Origin: an uncultured Candidatus Binatia bacterium
GTDB taxonomy: Bacteria > Desulfobacterota > Binatia > UBA9968 > JAJDTQ01
Assembly (NCBI GenBank): GCA_965215605.1
Contig: OZ244070.1
Coordinates: forward strand, 1,344,001 to 1,408,000
Reading direction: 5' to 3'
Length of the DNA stretch: 64,000 bases
Shown here one piece after another: positions 21,291 to 34,347 of the stretch. Made by a program: the position numbers and the translations under genes. The notes under the pieces are model-generated. The model had not been told where the DNA came from. It saw only the letters and a program-made list of their open reading frames with translations, and ran no database searches. How positions within the stretch are numbered: position 1 is the first letter of the stretch; each line of letters starts with the position of its first letter.

Positions 21291-24200
21291 TCACCCCGCC
21301 CGCCGCACCTGGATGACGGCGCGCAGGGCCAGGTCCAGGAGGAAGACGCCCAGGGCGGCGGCGGCCAGCGCCCACCAGATGCCACGGGCGGTGCCGGCGG
21401 CGTCGGGGTCGGCGGTGAAGAGGCTCTCCACGTCCTCCGCCAGGGTTTCGTCACGCAACAGCCTGCCGCCGGTCTGTTGGGCCAGCCGTTCCAGCAACAC
21501 GGTGTTGGCGTCCATCTCCCGGTACTCCTTCGAGAACGGCACGATGAAGGGGACGGTGAGGGCCACGGCAGGGGCGCCGGACGGACCCGGCGGCTGCTTC
21601 ACCGTGAGCAGGTTGATGCCCCGGCGCGGGGTGGCGAAGCGCGTCCGGTAACGGCCGGGCGCCACCTGCCGGAAGGTCTCCTCCTGCAGCGTCTCATCGG
21701 CCCGGGTCAGCAGACCCTGCAGCTTCAGGTGGTTCACCGGCCGGCCCGAGGGCGAGAAGAGGTCCACCACCGCGCTCATGACCTCGCCTTCCCGCACGAA
21801 GTCGGTCCGCAGCCGGTGGTCCGAGACGCTCCTCACCGCCAGCCGGGCCATCTGCGCGGCCCACCGGGGAAATTCCGGCCACTGCACCCAATGCCGTCCC
21901 CAGCGGCCGGAGACGTCGGAGGTGAAGGCGTACACCCGGCCCAGGCCGTAACGCCACGACACCAGCAAAGGGTCCTCGCCGGCCCGCAGGTGGGTCTCCG
22001 CTCCGGGCTTCACGTGGGTCAGGACGTAGCCCAGGACCTGCGGCAGCGGCCCCCCGGAAAACCCGCGCATGGGTCCCGCCGGCCCCGCCACGACAGGCGT
22101 CACGGTCTTCTCCACCAGCAGGTCCCGTGAGATCAGCAGCGTCTCGGTGGTGAAGATCTGCGGGATGGTGCGCGGGTCCACAGCGGCGTAGCTCCTGCCG
22201 TTGCCGCTGCCGGCAAGCTGGGTCATCAGGCGCCGGTTGGCGTCGCCGCCGATGGACACGGTGGAGACGCTGATCTTCTCCTGCGCCATGCGGGTCACCT
22301 GTTCCAGCAGGTCCTCCTTCTCGGTGAGCCCGTCGGACAGCACCAGCACGTGCTTGATGGCCGCCTCCTTGGCCGCCAGCGCCCGGCGACCCTCCACCAT
22401 GGCCTTGCGGAGGTCGGTGCCGCCGTCGGAGCTCAGGGCGGCGACGTCCTCGGCGATGCTCTCGCCGCCGCCGGCCGCGCGGAAGGGCACCACCCACTGC
22501 CAATTGGAGTCGAAGGCAAGGATCCCCACCTCGTCGGCGGGGTTCAGCAGCTCGGCCGACGCCATGGTGGCCGCCTTGGCCAGGTCCAGCTTGGTGGTGC
22601 CGAAGGGGCCGCCGCCCATGCTCCCGGACTTGTCCACCACGAAGAGCAGCGCCACGTGGGGCAACTCCATGCGCGCCGGCGGGCGCATCTCCAGCGGCAG
22701 CGTCTGCTCCAGCGGCGTCCGGTAGTAGCCGCCGGCGCCGTAGCTCCGGGTGCCGCCCAGCACGATGAGGCCGCCCCCGAGGTCGCGCACGAACCGCTCG
22801 ATGCGCTCCATCTTCACCTGCGAGAGCTGGTAGGCGGGCACGTTGTCCAGGATCAGCAAGTCGAAGCCCGAAAGCTCCGGCAGCGTCAGGTTGGCCCGCG
22901 CCGGGGTCTTCTCCGCCACCTCGTACCCCTGCACCCGCAGCGCCTCGGCCATGAACCGCCGGGCGGCATCGGCGCCGTGAAGGTAGAGGACCCGGGAGGG
23001 TCCCTTGACGCTCACGATGCCCTGCAGCAGGTTGTTCTCCGCCAGCACGTCCGCGTCCGCGTCCACCATCAACTCATAGGTATGGGTGCCGCGCCGCTCC
23101 ACGCTTTCGGTGAAGCTCAGCCAGTTGGCGCCGGGGGCCAGCTCCCGGCGCAGGGAACGGATGACGCGCCCGTCCCGCAGCAGCGTCACGCCCGCCGAGG
23201 ACGCCCGGGTGCTGGTGAGGGCGGCCTTGATCTCGAAGGTCTCGCCGCTGTCCACCACCGAGGGCACGGTGAGCTCCGACAGGTAGACCTCGTTCTTCCC
23301 CTCGGCGAGGCTCACGGAATACGGCCACACCGCCACCCCGTGGGACCGCAGCATGGGCAGCACCCGCTCCACCGAGCCCCGGTTCTCGTTGGCGTCGGAT
23401 ATGAGCAGTATCCGGCTTTCCCGTCCCTCGCTGAGCTCGCCCAGGGCGCCCTGAAGCGCCGCTCCAAGGTCCGTGGCGTCCCGCTCCGGCGGCGGCGGCA
23501 ACTCGCTCAACGGCGGCTCATGGGTGGGCAGGAACTCCCACTGCGGGCGGCGCGCGAAGGAGAACAGCCCCAGCCGCACCCGGGCGCCCACCAGCTCCCG
23601 GGCCCGCTCCAGCACTTCCGCGGCCCGGACCCGCGCTTCCTCACCGGCGCTGTGGGAAAGGTCCACGGCCATCACCACGTCGAGCTCGGGGTCCTGGGCG
23701 AGGATCCGCGGGTTCGCCAGCGCCAACAGCAGCACCGCCGCCGCCGGCACCCGCAGCCACAGGGGAAGGAGCGACCGGCGGGCGCGGCAGACCAGGATAC
23801 TCTCCGCCAGCAGCAGCGCCAGCGCCACCGCCAGCAGCACCGGCCAGAGGTCGAGACGCGCGCCCGGACCGCTCTGCTCCGCCGCCGTGGCCGAGCCCCC
23901 CGGAGCCGCATGGTACGAGGGACGGATGCGGGACTCCTCCTCGCTGAACAGGTTCACCGCGAACTCGCCCTCGCCGCGCTTTCCCCGGAACCGGTAGAAA
24001 CCCACCTCCGAGGTGCCGGCGTAGGTTCCCTTGCGCTCCCGGATCCGCACCGGGCTGCTGTCGCCGGCGGGGCTCACGAATATCAGCCGCTCCTCGTCCA
24101 CTCCCACGTCCGCCACGAACGGCAGGCCCGCCGTCACCTGGCTGGCGGGGAACTCCCGCGCCGCGGGCCGGAACCACGAAAAGGCGTTGCGCACCAGCAG

Positions 24201-25622
24201 CGGGAACGACACCCGGAAGGGCAGGTCCGACTGGGCGAGGTCGAAGGCGAACACCAGCGCCTTGAGATCCCCGGACTCCACCGCGTGGATCAACGGCCCG
24301 CGCGCGGACTCGGCCAGGGACACGCCGCCATCCGAGACCAGCTCCAGCGCGTCGCGGACGTAGAGCCCGCCGAGCCGCACGCCCCGGGTCAGCGGGTGGC
24401 CCGCGCCGGTGGACACCAGCGACGGCCGCGGCGTCCGGCCGGCGACCCTCAGAGGAAGGCCGTCGGCCACGGTGCGGATGAGGATGAAGTTGCCGCGCTC
24501 CAGCGGCGGCGCCGGCACGCGGTCGAGTATCACCACGTCGTAGGCCGCCACCTGCTCGGTGACCCGGTCCACCGGGATGCGGTCGATGCGGGCCAGGGTG
24601 ACCTGGGGGAAATAGCGCAGCAACCGCTCCAGGAACGGGTTCCCCGGCCCCACGTAGAGCACCCGGGTGGGGCGCCGGTCCGGGAACGCCAGGAAGGCGC
24701 GGTTGTCCGTGGGCAGATCGTCGTCGATGCTCAGCAGCGCGGTGGCGCGCCCCCGCAAGGGGCCCGGCACCCCGTAGATCAGCACCTCCCGGGCCAGCGG
24801 CTCCAGGGACAGCAGCGTCCGGCTCACCACCCGGTCGGCCACGGTGACGATCAAGGGCGCGTGCACCGGCCGCTCGGTGAAGTTCTGCACCACCACCATG
24901 GCCTCGTACTCGCCGGCCTCGCCGGCCACGCGGCGGAACTGGAAGCCCAGGATGCCCACGTTGTCCGTGCCCCCGGCCACCTGGACGAGCTCCAGGTAGG
25001 ACGCCGCCAGCGGCAGCTCCTCGATGCCCCTGAAGGCGCCGTCGGTGATCACCACCACCCGGTGCGGCCCCTGACGCCCGAGGAAGGTGTCGGCCAGCAG
25101 CACCGCCTCCTTCACCGGCGCCTCGGCGTCGGTGGCGGCCAACCCCTCGGCAGCCTGCCGGAGGGCGGACCGGTCCCGGGTGAAGGGCTGGACCACCTCG
25201 GGCTGCGCCGACGCGCCGACGAGCATCATGCGATCGTTGGCGCCCAGTGCGTCGATGCGCGCCAGCAACTCGGCGCGGGCGGCGTCGAAACGGGTGCCCG
25301 ACTCGCCCGCCGCCTTCATGCTGGCGCTCAGGTCCATCACCACCACCAGGTCCCGGCCGGCGCTGCCGACCCCCAGGAGGGCGGGGCCCGCCAGCGCGGC
25401 GATGACCGCGAGGGCCGCCAGAAGCTGCAGGATGAGGGGCAGGTTGCGGCGCCAGAGCCAACCGAGGCGACGGCCCATGGGCCGCTCCCGCAGCACCTTC
25501 TCCAGCAGGAAGAGGGCCGTGACCGGAACCCGCGGCCCCCTGGGCCTGAGGCTGTTGAGCAGCAGGATGAGGGGGACGGCTCCCAGCAGGAACAAGAACG
25601 CCGCGGGAAAGAGCCACAGCAC
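21291..25622 (-). CDS. Large membrane protein: BatA-like N-terminus, three VWA domains and GATase1-like regions (apparent two-gene fusion)
   Basis: N-terminal TM pair; MIDAS motifs DLSAS, DLSHS, DKSGS; GGGLIVLGG..SYGAGGY; YGLGRV; internal TM pair and C-terminal TM. Confidence 0.88.
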   Translation of the reverse strand: MLWLFPAAFLFLLGAVPLILLLNSLRPRGPRVPVTALFLLEKVLRERPMGRRLGWLWRRNLPLILQLLAALAVIAALAGPALLGVGSAGRDLVVVMDLSASMKAAGESGTRFDAARAELLARIDALGANDRMMLVGASAQPEVVQPFTRDRSALRQAAEGLAATDAEAPVKEAVLLADTFLGRQGPHRVVVITDGAFRGIEELPLAASYLELVQVAGGTDNVGILGFQFRRVAGEAGEYEAMVVVQNFTERPVHAPLIVTVADRVVSRTLLSLEPLAREVLIYGVPGPLRGRATALLSIDDDLPTDNRAFLAFPDRRPTRVLYVGPGNPFLERLLRYFPQVTLARIDRIPVDRVTEQVAAYDVVILDRVPAPPLERGNFILIRTVADGLPLRVAGRTPRPSLVSTGAGHPLTRGVRLGGLYVRDALELVSDGGVSLAESARGPLIHAVESGDLKALVFAFDLAQSDLPFRVSFPLLVRNAFSWFRPAAREFPASQVTAGLPFVADVGVDEERLIFVSPAGDSSPVRIRERKGTYAGTSEVGFYRFRGKRGEGEFAVNLFSEEESRIRPSYHAAPGGSATAAEQSGPGARLDLWPVLLAVALALLLAESILVCRARRSLLPLWLRVPAAAVLLLALANPRILAQDPELDVVMAVDLSHSAGEEARVRAAEVLERARELVGARVRLGLFSFARRPQWEFLPTHEPPLSELPPPPERDATDLGAALQGALGELSEGRESRILLISDANENRGSVERVLPMLRSHGVAVWPYSVSLAEGKNEVYLSELTVPSVVDSGETFEIKAALTSTRASSAGVTLLRDGRVIRSLRRELAPGANWLSFTESVERRGTHTYELMVDADADVLAENNLLQGIVSVKGPSRVLYLHGADAARRFMAEALRVQGYEVAEKTPARANLTLPELSGFDLLILDNVPAYQLSQVKMERIERFVRDLGGGLIVLGGTRSYGAGGYYRTPLEQTLPLEMRPPARMELPHVALLFVVDKSGSMGGGPFGTTKLDLAKAATMASAELLNPADEVGILAFDSNWQWVVPFRAAGGGESIAEDVAALSSDGGTDLRKAMVEGRRALAAKEAAIKHVLVLSDGLTEKEDLLEQVTRMAQEKISVSTVSIGGDANRRLMTQLAGSGNGRSYAAVDPRTIPQIFTTETLLISRDLLVEKTVTPVVAGPAGPMRGFSGGPLPQVLGYVLTHVKPGAETHLRAGEDPLLVSWRYGLGRVYAFTSDVSGRWGRHWVQWPEFPRWAAQMARLAVRSVSDHRLRTDFVREGEVMSAVVDLFSPSGRPVNHLKLQGLLTRADETLQEETFRQVAPGRYRTRFATPRRGINLLTVKQPPGPSGAPAVALTVPFIVPFSKEYREMDANTVLLERLAQQTGGRLLRDETLAEDVESLFTADPDAAGTARGIWWALAAAALGVFLLDLALRAVIQVRRAG

Positions 25623-25626
25623 GGCG

Positions 25627-26519
25627 TTATCCGGGGCGCCGGTCCTGGGTCAGGTAGCTCAGGACGAAGTCGTCGAAGGGCACGTTGCTGGTGGCGCGCC
25701 GGTAGTCCATCTCCCGGCTCTCGCAGAGCCGCCGGGCGCCGGCGAAGAACTCCTCCACCTCCCGCTGGAACCGGTCCGCCAGGTCCCGGTCGAGAAAGAC
25801 CCGGCGCTCCCGGGCCGTCTCCACGTCCACCAGCGACACGTCGCCGCCGGGGTCCAGCCGCGTCTCGCCGTCGCCGAGCACATGGACCAGCAAGACATCG
25901 TGGCGTTTCCGCGCCAACTCGTCCAGCGCGGCATCGCAACCGGCGGCGTCCAGGAGGTCGCTGAACAGCACCACCAGGCCCGGCCGTGGACAGAGGCGGG
26001 TGAAGGTCTTCACCGAGGTCTCCAGGTCGGTGCGGCCGGCGCAGGACAGCGACTCGAGGAAGTTGAACAGGGCCAGGATCTGACGCCGGGCGCGGGCCGG
26101 CGGCAACTGCGCGGTCACGTCCTCCCCCAGGGCCGCGGCCCCCACCCGGTCGTGGGTCTTGAGGCCGATGTAGCCCAGCGCCGCGGCCACGCTCTTGGCG
26201 AACTCCAGCTTGGACGGCGAGCCCTCCGCCATGGACCGGCTGGTGTCCAGCAGCAGGTACACGGTGATCTCCTCTTCGGCGGTGAAGACCTTCAGCAGCA
26301 GCCGTTCCAGGCGCCCGTACACGTTCCAGTCCACGTAGCGCAGGTCGTCGCCGCGGCTGTACTTGCGGTAGTCGGAAAACTCCAGGCTGTAGCCCTTGCG
26401 GACGGTGGGATGCTCGCCCCGGGCCATGCCCCAGTTGAGGCGCTTGGCCACCAGGCGCAGCTTGTCCAGCCGCGCCAGGAAATCGGGCTCCAGGAAACGG
26501 TGCGCCTCGGCCTCGGCCA

Positions 26520-26520
<1 letters not shown>
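25627..26520 (-). CDS. DUF58 (VWA-like) protein
   Basis: SLEFSDYRKY..GDDLRYVDWNVY, LLDTSRSM, LFSDLL. Confidence 0.92.
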
Positions 26521-27530
<1,010 letters not shown>

Positions 27531-27575
27531 GTTGACTCCTGTTCTGATTCGCCGACTTGCATGGCGGACACGACG

Positions 27576-28982
27576 TTATGGCGTTTGCCGGGTCACGCCC
27601 AGGGACAGAAAGTAGTTCTTGATGGTTTCCTTGAAGGCGGCGGGAATCTCCTCCGATGCCAGTTCCGCCTCCACCTGCCGCCGGTACCGCACCACCACCG
27701 GCTCTTCCGCCACCGTGCCGTCGCCCGCCCGGGCCTCGCCCCTGAAGCCGAAGCCCCGGCTCGACCCCTTCCCCAGGAGCCCCTGCAGGTGGGTGCGCAC
27801 GCGGGCCTGGAAGGCCGGATCGTGGGCCTCCTGCTGCACCTTGCCGGGCTCGTTCCCGGGCCGCCGTCCCGCCGCCGGCGGTTCTTCCGAGCGCTCGGCG
27901 GGATCGCCGGGCCGGGACGATTCGGCGACGGATTCATCGGGCGCGTCGCCGAGCAGCAGCTCGGTGAGGAACTGCCGCGTCTCCCCCAACGCGCGCCGGT
28001 CCTGCTCTTGCCGGGCCTCCCGTTCCAAACGGTCGAGGAACTCCCGCACTTCCTCCGAAGCCATGTCCGTGGAGCCTCCCGGCCGCTGGTCGAGGGAGGA
28101 CATTCCCAGGGACTCCATCAGCTCGGACCGGCTCATGCCCGCGGACGAACCGTCCTGCTTCCGCAACTCCGAACGCCGCAGATGGTCCCTCAACTGCTCC
28201 AGCGCCCGGTCGGACAGCGCCGGCCACTCCACTCCCGCCCCTTGGGGCCACGACCGGGTCATCTCCTGGAGCACGTCCGCCATGGCTCCCACCGACGCCG
28301 CGAGGCGGGACTCTTCCGGGCCGCCCTCGGCCAGTTGCCGTTCCGCCATTTCCCGCAAGGCGTCGGCCATGCGCCGGCTCTCGGCCAAGTCCTGCTCCCG
28401 CGCCCGCTCTTCCAGTTCCCGGGCGTGCTCCTGGATGGCCTGGGCCATCCTGTCCGGCGCCGACGCCGCCTGGGGGGCGCCGCCGGGGGGCAGCCACAAC
28501 CCCGCCGCCGCCAGCAGCGCCAGCGCCGGGCCGGCCAGCGCGTGCCAAGTGAGCTGCCGCCGGCAAATCGGCCGGAGCGGCGCCGCCCCGAGTTTTCCGG
28601 CGGCTTCCTCCACCACCAGAGCCTCCTCCGGGGCAACCTTTCCTTCCGGCATCTCCCGGCGCCGGAACAGGATGTCCCACGCCGTCAGCACCCGCTCGTC
28701 GAGCTCCAGCCGGTCGTCCACCTGCGTGAGCGAGCGCAGGAACGCCTGCTCGCGCCAGGGGCGCAGCAGGAACACGCCGGCCGCGGCCGCGGCAAAGACC
28801 GCCGGCGCCAGCCACAGGAGCGCGGCGTCCACCGCCAGCAGGGCCCGCGCCGCCACCAGCCCGGCCGCCGCCAACGCGGTGTAGAAAAGGCTTTCCAGCA
28901 GCAGGCGCTCGCGCCGCTTGCGCCGCTCCCAGCGGCGCAGGTCGGCCAGCTTCTCCTTCAGAACCGCTCCCGGATCGGTCAC
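27576..28982 (-). CDS. Hypothetical membrane protein with coiled-coil/low-complexity C-terminus (MoxR-operon type)
   Basis: GTG start overlaps the upstream TGA; three TM segments; DDRLELDERVLTAW; C-terminal EEIPAAFKETIKNYF. Confidence 0.75.
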   Translation of the reverse strand: MTDPGAVLKEKLADLRRWERRKRRERLLLESLFYTALAAAGLVAARALLAVDAALLWLAPAVFAAAAAGVFLLRPWREQAFLRSLTQVDDRLELDERVLTAWDILFRRREMPEGKVAPEEALVVEEAAGKLGAAPLRPICRRQLTWHALAGPALALLAAAGLWLPPGGAPQAASAPDRMAQAIQEHARELEERAREQDLAESRRMADALREMAERQLAEGGPEESRLAASVGAMADVLQEMTRSWPQGAGVEWPALSDRALEQLRDHLRRSELRKQDGSSAGMSRSELMESLGMSSLDQRPGGSTDMASEEVREFLDRLEREARQEQDRRALGETRQFLTELLLGDAPDESVAESSRPGDPAERSEEPPAAGRRPGNEPGKVQQEAHDPAFQARVRTHLQGLLGKGSSRGFGFRGEARAGDGTVAEEPVVVRYRRQVEAELASEEIPAAFKETIKNYFLSLGVTRQTP

Positions 28983-29740
28983 GAGTAGCCTTTCTCGACG
29001 CGTTTCAGGCCACGGGCCAGCAGCCCCAGGCCGACGACGAACACCAAGCCCTGGAAGGTCCAATGAACGAGGGCCGGGGGCCACGCCGGCCCCCAGGGCG
29101 CCGTCATCTCCAGGGTGCCGAGATGATAGAGCAGAAACGCCACCGGATTCAATGTTTGCGCCCATGCTCCGAACGCCCCGGAGATCAGGAAGAAGCAGAC
29201 GAAGATCCAGCGGATGAAGACCCGGCGGCTGTCCACCTTGCGCTCCCAGAAGGCCAGGCCCACGAGACCCCAGATGCCGTAAACCACGGCGTACAGGAAC
29301 AGCATGGGAAGGGTGGTGGCCATGTCCCTCAGGGGCGCGCGGGCGATGGCCCCGGACCAGCCCAGCAGCGGCGCCGCGAGCAAGAGCAGGACCAGGCCGT
29401 GGACCGCCAGGACGGCCAGCAGGCCGGACACCACCGCGGCGACGCCGAGACGCTCCTCCTCCAGCCAATGCCGCAGCGGCGAGAACCGCCAGGCCAGGAA
29501 CTCCAGTCCCGCGAACCGCAGCGCCAGGTAGACGATCAGCAGCAGCGTGGCGACGCTCGAGAACTTGAAGAGGAAGGCCGGCCCGACCCAGAAGCTCGCC
29601 TCACCGGAGGGCAGCACCAGCGCCAGCACCTGCAACGCGCCCAGAACGGAGACGTAGAACAGGTAGGTGAGGCAGGCCTGTCCCTCTTCCCAGTAGACCG
29701 CCGCCGCTTCCCGGAAAACCGGATTGGCCCAGGGTCTCAC
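28979..29740 (-). CDS. Multi-pass membrane protein (ABC-2 permease-like)
   Basis: NPVFRE start, about six hydrophobic segments, LNP motif before the last TM. Confidence 0.65.
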   Translation of the reverse strand: MRPWANPVFREAAAVYWEEGQACLTYLFYVSVLGALQVLALVLPSGEASFWVGPAFLFKFSSVATLLLIVYLALRFAGLEFLAWRFSPLRHWLEEERLGVAAVVSGLLAVLAVHGLVLLLLAAPLLGWSGAIARAPLRDMATTLPMLFLYAVVYGIWGLVGLAFWERKVDSRRVFIRWIFVCFFLISGAFGAWAQTLNPVAFLLYHLGTLEMTAPWGPAWPPALVHWTFQGLVFVVGLGLLARGLKRVEKGYS

Positions 29741-31620
29741 AGGTCCTCCTCCCCGGAGCCCAGGGGGATGGCGACACGAAACAGCTTGAAGTGGTGCGCC
29801 GTCACCCGGGGGTCCGCCACCCGAAGCTCCGGCTCCTCGTCCCGGACCCAGCCGATGACGTAAGCCGTCCGGGGGTCCCCGCGGCCGCCGTCCGGGAACA
29901 CCGAGCGGCGCAGCAGGACCTCGCGGACCTCTTCTTCGAAACGGACGCTCTGGGGCTGAAGACGCTCCTCCTCCCCGTCCCGGGCGGGGACGGCGGCCTC
30001 GGGCAGCTCGCGCCGCAGGCGGCCGCCCGGCGGCACGTCCCCGAGCCTGTAGCCCTCTTCACCGATCACGAGCCAGCATTCCGTAAGGCTCCCGGAGCCG
30101 CGGTTGACGATGCCGACGCGGTAGGTTCCGCGGGAGTGCTCCCACTCGATGGTCACCGGCCAGGGGCGCACCGCGCGAAGCCGGAACAACGCCGCGTTCC
30201 ATTCCGGAAGGGGCACCAGGATGCGGTCCCGGGGACGCGCCTGTTGCAGCACCAGCGACGCGCCGGCGGCGGCGCCCGGCGGCGGCACCAGATCGAGCTG
30301 GGTCAGGTCGCGGCCGAGGCTGAAAGAGAAGTCCTTGTGCCGGGTTGCGAAAAGACCCACGTTGGCGTGCACCGGCGCCACGTCCGACCAGGGCGTCCCG
30401 TCCACCACCGTGGAGGAGATCAGGATTCCGTCCGGCACGTGCCCGCCCCGGTCGAAGTACCAGTAACCGCCCAGCGCGCACGCCAGCATCAGCGATGCCG
30501 GGGCCAGCACCAGCCGGCGCCGCGACAGTCCGCCGCCCCTGCCGTAGCGGAACCAGAGCAGCAGCGACCCGATGTAGAGCCCCAGCGCCAGCAGCAGCGC
30601 CAACATCGGCGAACGCAGGCTGGAGAACCCGAAGTCCTGGAGCAACGTCATGAAGATTTCCCGGTTCCAGGCGGTCCACGGGTCCGAAGGTCTGGCGGGC
30701 GGCGCGCCCAGGATCTCCCCGAAGAGCGGCGGGAGGCCGGCCCAATCCGCCACCGGCGGGCGGCCCACGTCCAGCGCCAGATAGACCACCCTGCCCTCGC
30801 CGTGGCTCCGCTCCGCCAGGATGGGCGTGTCTCCCTCCGACATGAGCACCCGGCCGTCCGTGCCCGGGCCGGCGTCCTGCACCAGCGCGTCCTCCAGGAC
30901 GCCGCCGAACCGGGCGGTCAGCGCCGGCAGGGCATCCAGCCGCTTCAGGCCGCGCACCGCCACCGGCAGCAAGCCGGCGGTGGCCGGGTCCCGATAAAGG
31001 GCGAAGTGGGCGCCGCCCAGCACCACCAGCACCCCGCCGCCGGAGAGCCAGCGCTCCAGCGCGCGCCGCTGGCCCCGGGACAGGCCCCGCAGGGACTGCT
31101 CGTAGAGCATGACGCTCCAGACTCCGCCATAGGCCCGGACGTCCTCGGGGAGATCACTCAAGGGGACGGAAACAACCGGCACGGGGGTCTGGTAGTCCAG
31201 CGGGATGGCCGGGGCGACGTTGCTCCGGGTCAGCAGGAGGACCAGCGGCTGGCCGGTGAACCGGCCGCGCAGGCTCACCGAGGTTTCATGGCTTCGGCCG
31301 CCGCCGGTGAAGCGCAAAAGGAGCGGCTGCGCCACCGAATCGGGATCGACGGTGACGAAGACGACCTTGCGCGCGTGGGTGGAGAGAAAGATGTCCCGAC
31401 GCTGGATGAACGAGTAGGGCTCCATGCCCCGGGTGGGTCCGCCGCGGGCCTCCACCACCTCCAGGACGCCCCGGACGGCCACCCCGGAATTCACCAGCTC
31501 GATGCGCACCGGCAAGGGCTCGCCGAGCCGGAAGATGCCTCCGAAACCGGGTTGCGCCCGTATCGAAACGTCGGCCGCCGCCGGACCGGCAGCCAGGAGC
31601 GCCAAGCCGGCCAGAACCAC
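29737..31620 (-). CDS. Exported/membrane hypothetical protein with GATase1-like domain (start uncertain)
   Basis: Signal-peptide-like N-terminus, ALERWLSGGGVLVVLGG, GEGRVVYL, two central TM segments. Confidence 0.7.
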   Translation of the reverse strand: MVLAGLALLAAGPAAADVSIRAQPGFGGIFRLGEPLPVRIELVNSGVAVRGVLEVVEARGGPTRGMEPYSFIQRRDIFLSTHARKVVFVTVDPDSVAQPLLLRFTGGGRSHETSVSLRGRFTGQPLVLLLTRSNVAPAIPLDYQTPVPVVSVPLSDLPEDVRAYGGVWSVMLYEQSLRGLSRGQRRALERWLSGGGVLVVLGGAHFALYRDPATAGLLPVAVRGLKRLDALPALTARFGGVLEDALVQDAGPGTDGRVLMSEGDTPILAERSHGEGRVVYLALDVGRPPVADWAGLPPLFGEILGAPPARPSDPWTAWNREIFMTLLQDFGFSSLRSPMLALLLALGLYIGSLLLWFRYGRGGGLSRRRLVLAPASLMLACALGGYWYFDRGGHVPDGILISSTVVDGTPWSDVAPVHANVGLFATRHKDFSFSLGRDLTQLDLVPPPGAAAGASLVLQQARPRDRILVPLPEWNAALFRLRAVRPWPVTIEWEHSRGTYRVGIVNRGSGSLTECWLVIGEEGYRLGDVPPGGRLRRELPEAAVPARDGEEERLQPQSVRFEEEVREVLLRRSVFPDGGRGDPRTAYVIGWVRDEEPELRVADPRVTAHHFKLFRVAIPLGSGEEDL

Positions 31621-31678
31621 GGCCCACCCCGTTGGTCCCGGCCGCGGCGATGCGCCGGCTGGGCGTAGTCGAAGGAGG

Positions 31679-32167
31679 CTATTCGATGAAAGTGACGTCC
31701 AGTACCTCGAAGTTCCGTACGCCCGCGGGCGTGCGCACCTCCACCAGGTCACCCACCCGCCGGCCGATCAGCGACCGCGCCACCGGCGAGCCCAGGGATA
31801 TCCTCCCCTCCCGAGGCTCTGCCTCGTGCTCGCCGACGATCTGGTAGCTGACGCTCTCCTCGGTATCGTCGTCCACCAGCTTGACGGTGGCGCCGAATAC
31901 GATCCTGTCGCCGGAAAGCTTGGAGACGTCGATGACCTGGGCTCGAGCGATCTTGTCCTCGATCTCGCGAATCTGGACATCGAGAAACGATTGGCGATCC
32001 TTGGCCGCGTGAAACTCGGCGTTCTCCGACAGATCGCCGTGGGCCCGGGCTTCCTCGATGTCCCGGACATTCCTGGGCCGCTCAACGGATTTAAGGCGCT
32101 GAAGATCTGCCAGCAATTGTTGATGCCCCTGCGCCGTCATCGGCACGGGGCCGTCGTTGTCCGCCAT
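31679..32167 (-). CDS. greA: Transcription elongation factor GreA
   Basis: EARAHGDLSENAEFHAAK, ISLGSPVARSLIG. Confidence 0.96.
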   Translation of the reverse strand: MADNDGPVPMTAQGHQQLLADLQRLKSVERPRNVRDIEEARAHGDLSENAEFHAAKDRQSFLDVQIREIEDKIARAQVIDVSKLSGDRIVFGATVKLVDDDTEESVSYQIVGEHEAEPREGRISLGSPVARSLIGRRVGDLVEVRTPAGVRNFEVLDVTFIE

Positions 32168-32348
32168 CTAGCTGCACCTCTGAGAAATTTCCGGGCAAGC
32201 CGAGTCGCCTCCGCCTGCCCGTGGAATTCAGCCGGGGGGAGTGTAACACCGGGCCGCGGGAAATCAAAGAACGGGTTGGGGGGAAACCGGATTCCGGAGG
32301 TCAGGATTGGGAGTCAGTGGCGTGAAAACGGATAACGGGTTCGGCGGT

Positions 32349-33350
32349 TCAGGATTCCCGCGGGGGGTTGGGCCAGGCGCGTTTGCCGGCGCCGAAGACG
32401 TGGCAGGCGGTGCCGTGGCCGCCGAGGGCGAATTCCAGCTCGGGCTCCACCTCGACGCATTTCTGCTCGCGGAAGGGGCACCTGGGGTGGAAGTTGCAGC
32501 CGGACGGGGGGTTGACGGGGCTCGGCACGTCGCCCTCCAGCACCATGCGGTCCTTCTTGGGATTGGGGTCGGGCATGGGCACGGCCGACAGCAGGGCGCG
32601 GGTATAGGGGTGCCGGGCGTCGGTGTAGATGGCATTGCTGGGCGCGATCTCGACGATCTTGCCGAGATACATGATCGCCACCCGGTGGCTTACATGCTTC
32701 ACCACCCGGAGGTCGTGGGAGATGAAGAAGAACGTGAGGCTCATGCTCTCCTGCAGCTCCTGCAGCAGATTGATGATCTGGGCCTGGATGGACACGTCCA
32801 GGGACGATACCGGCTCGTCCGCGACGATGAACTTCGGCGACACGGCCAGGGCCCGGGCGATGCCGATGCGCTGGCGCTGGCCGCCGCTGAACTCGTGCGG
32901 GTAGCGGTCGTAGTGCTCATCCCGGAGGCCCACCTTCTGGAGCAGCGACATGACCCGATCCCTGCGGTCGCTGCCCGAGGCCATGCGATGGATCTTGAGG
33001 CCCTCGCCGATGATGTCGCCGACTCTCATGCGCGGATTCAGCGAGGCGTACGGATCCTGGAAAATGATCTGCATGCGCCGGCGCAGGTCCCGCATCTCGG
33101 CGCCGGACACCCTCATGATGTCCCTGTCCTCGAACAGGATCTCGCCGGCCGTGGGCTCGATCAGGCGCAGGATGGTCCGGCCCAGCGTCGACTTGCCGCA
33201 CCCGGACTCGCCCACCACGCCGAGGGTCTCCCCATCCTCCACCGTCAGGCTGACGCCGTCCACCGCCTTGACGTCGCCCTTGCGCCGGGCAAGCAGCCCT
33301 TCCTCCACGGGGAAGTATGTCTTGAGGTTCCTGACTTCCAGCAAGCTCAT
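32349..33350 (-). CDS. Peptide ABC transporter ATP-binding subunit (OppF/DppF-like)
   Basis: [27 protein letters not shown]-terminal [10 protein letters not shown]. Confidence 0.93.
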   Translation of the reverse strand: MSLLEVRNLKTYFPVEEGLLARRKGDVKAVDGVSLTVEDGETLGVVGESGCGKSTLGRTILRLIEPTAGEILFEDRDIMRVSGAEMRDLRRRMQIIFQDPYASLNPRMRVGDIIGEGLKIHRMASGSDRRDRVMSLLQKVGLRDEHYDRYPHEFSGGQRQRIGIARALAVSPKFIVADEPVSSLDVSIQAQIINLLQELQESMSLTFFFISHDLRVVKHVSHRVAIMYLGKIVEIAPSNAIYTDARHPYTRALLSAVPMPDPNPKKDRMVLEGDVPSPVNPPSGCNFHPRCPFREQKCVEVEPELEFALGGHGTACHVFGAGKRAWPNPPRES

Positions 33351-33384
33351 GGGATAGGGTGTCCTGTCGTTCGGCGCGCCGCCT

Positions 33385-34347
<963 letters not shown>

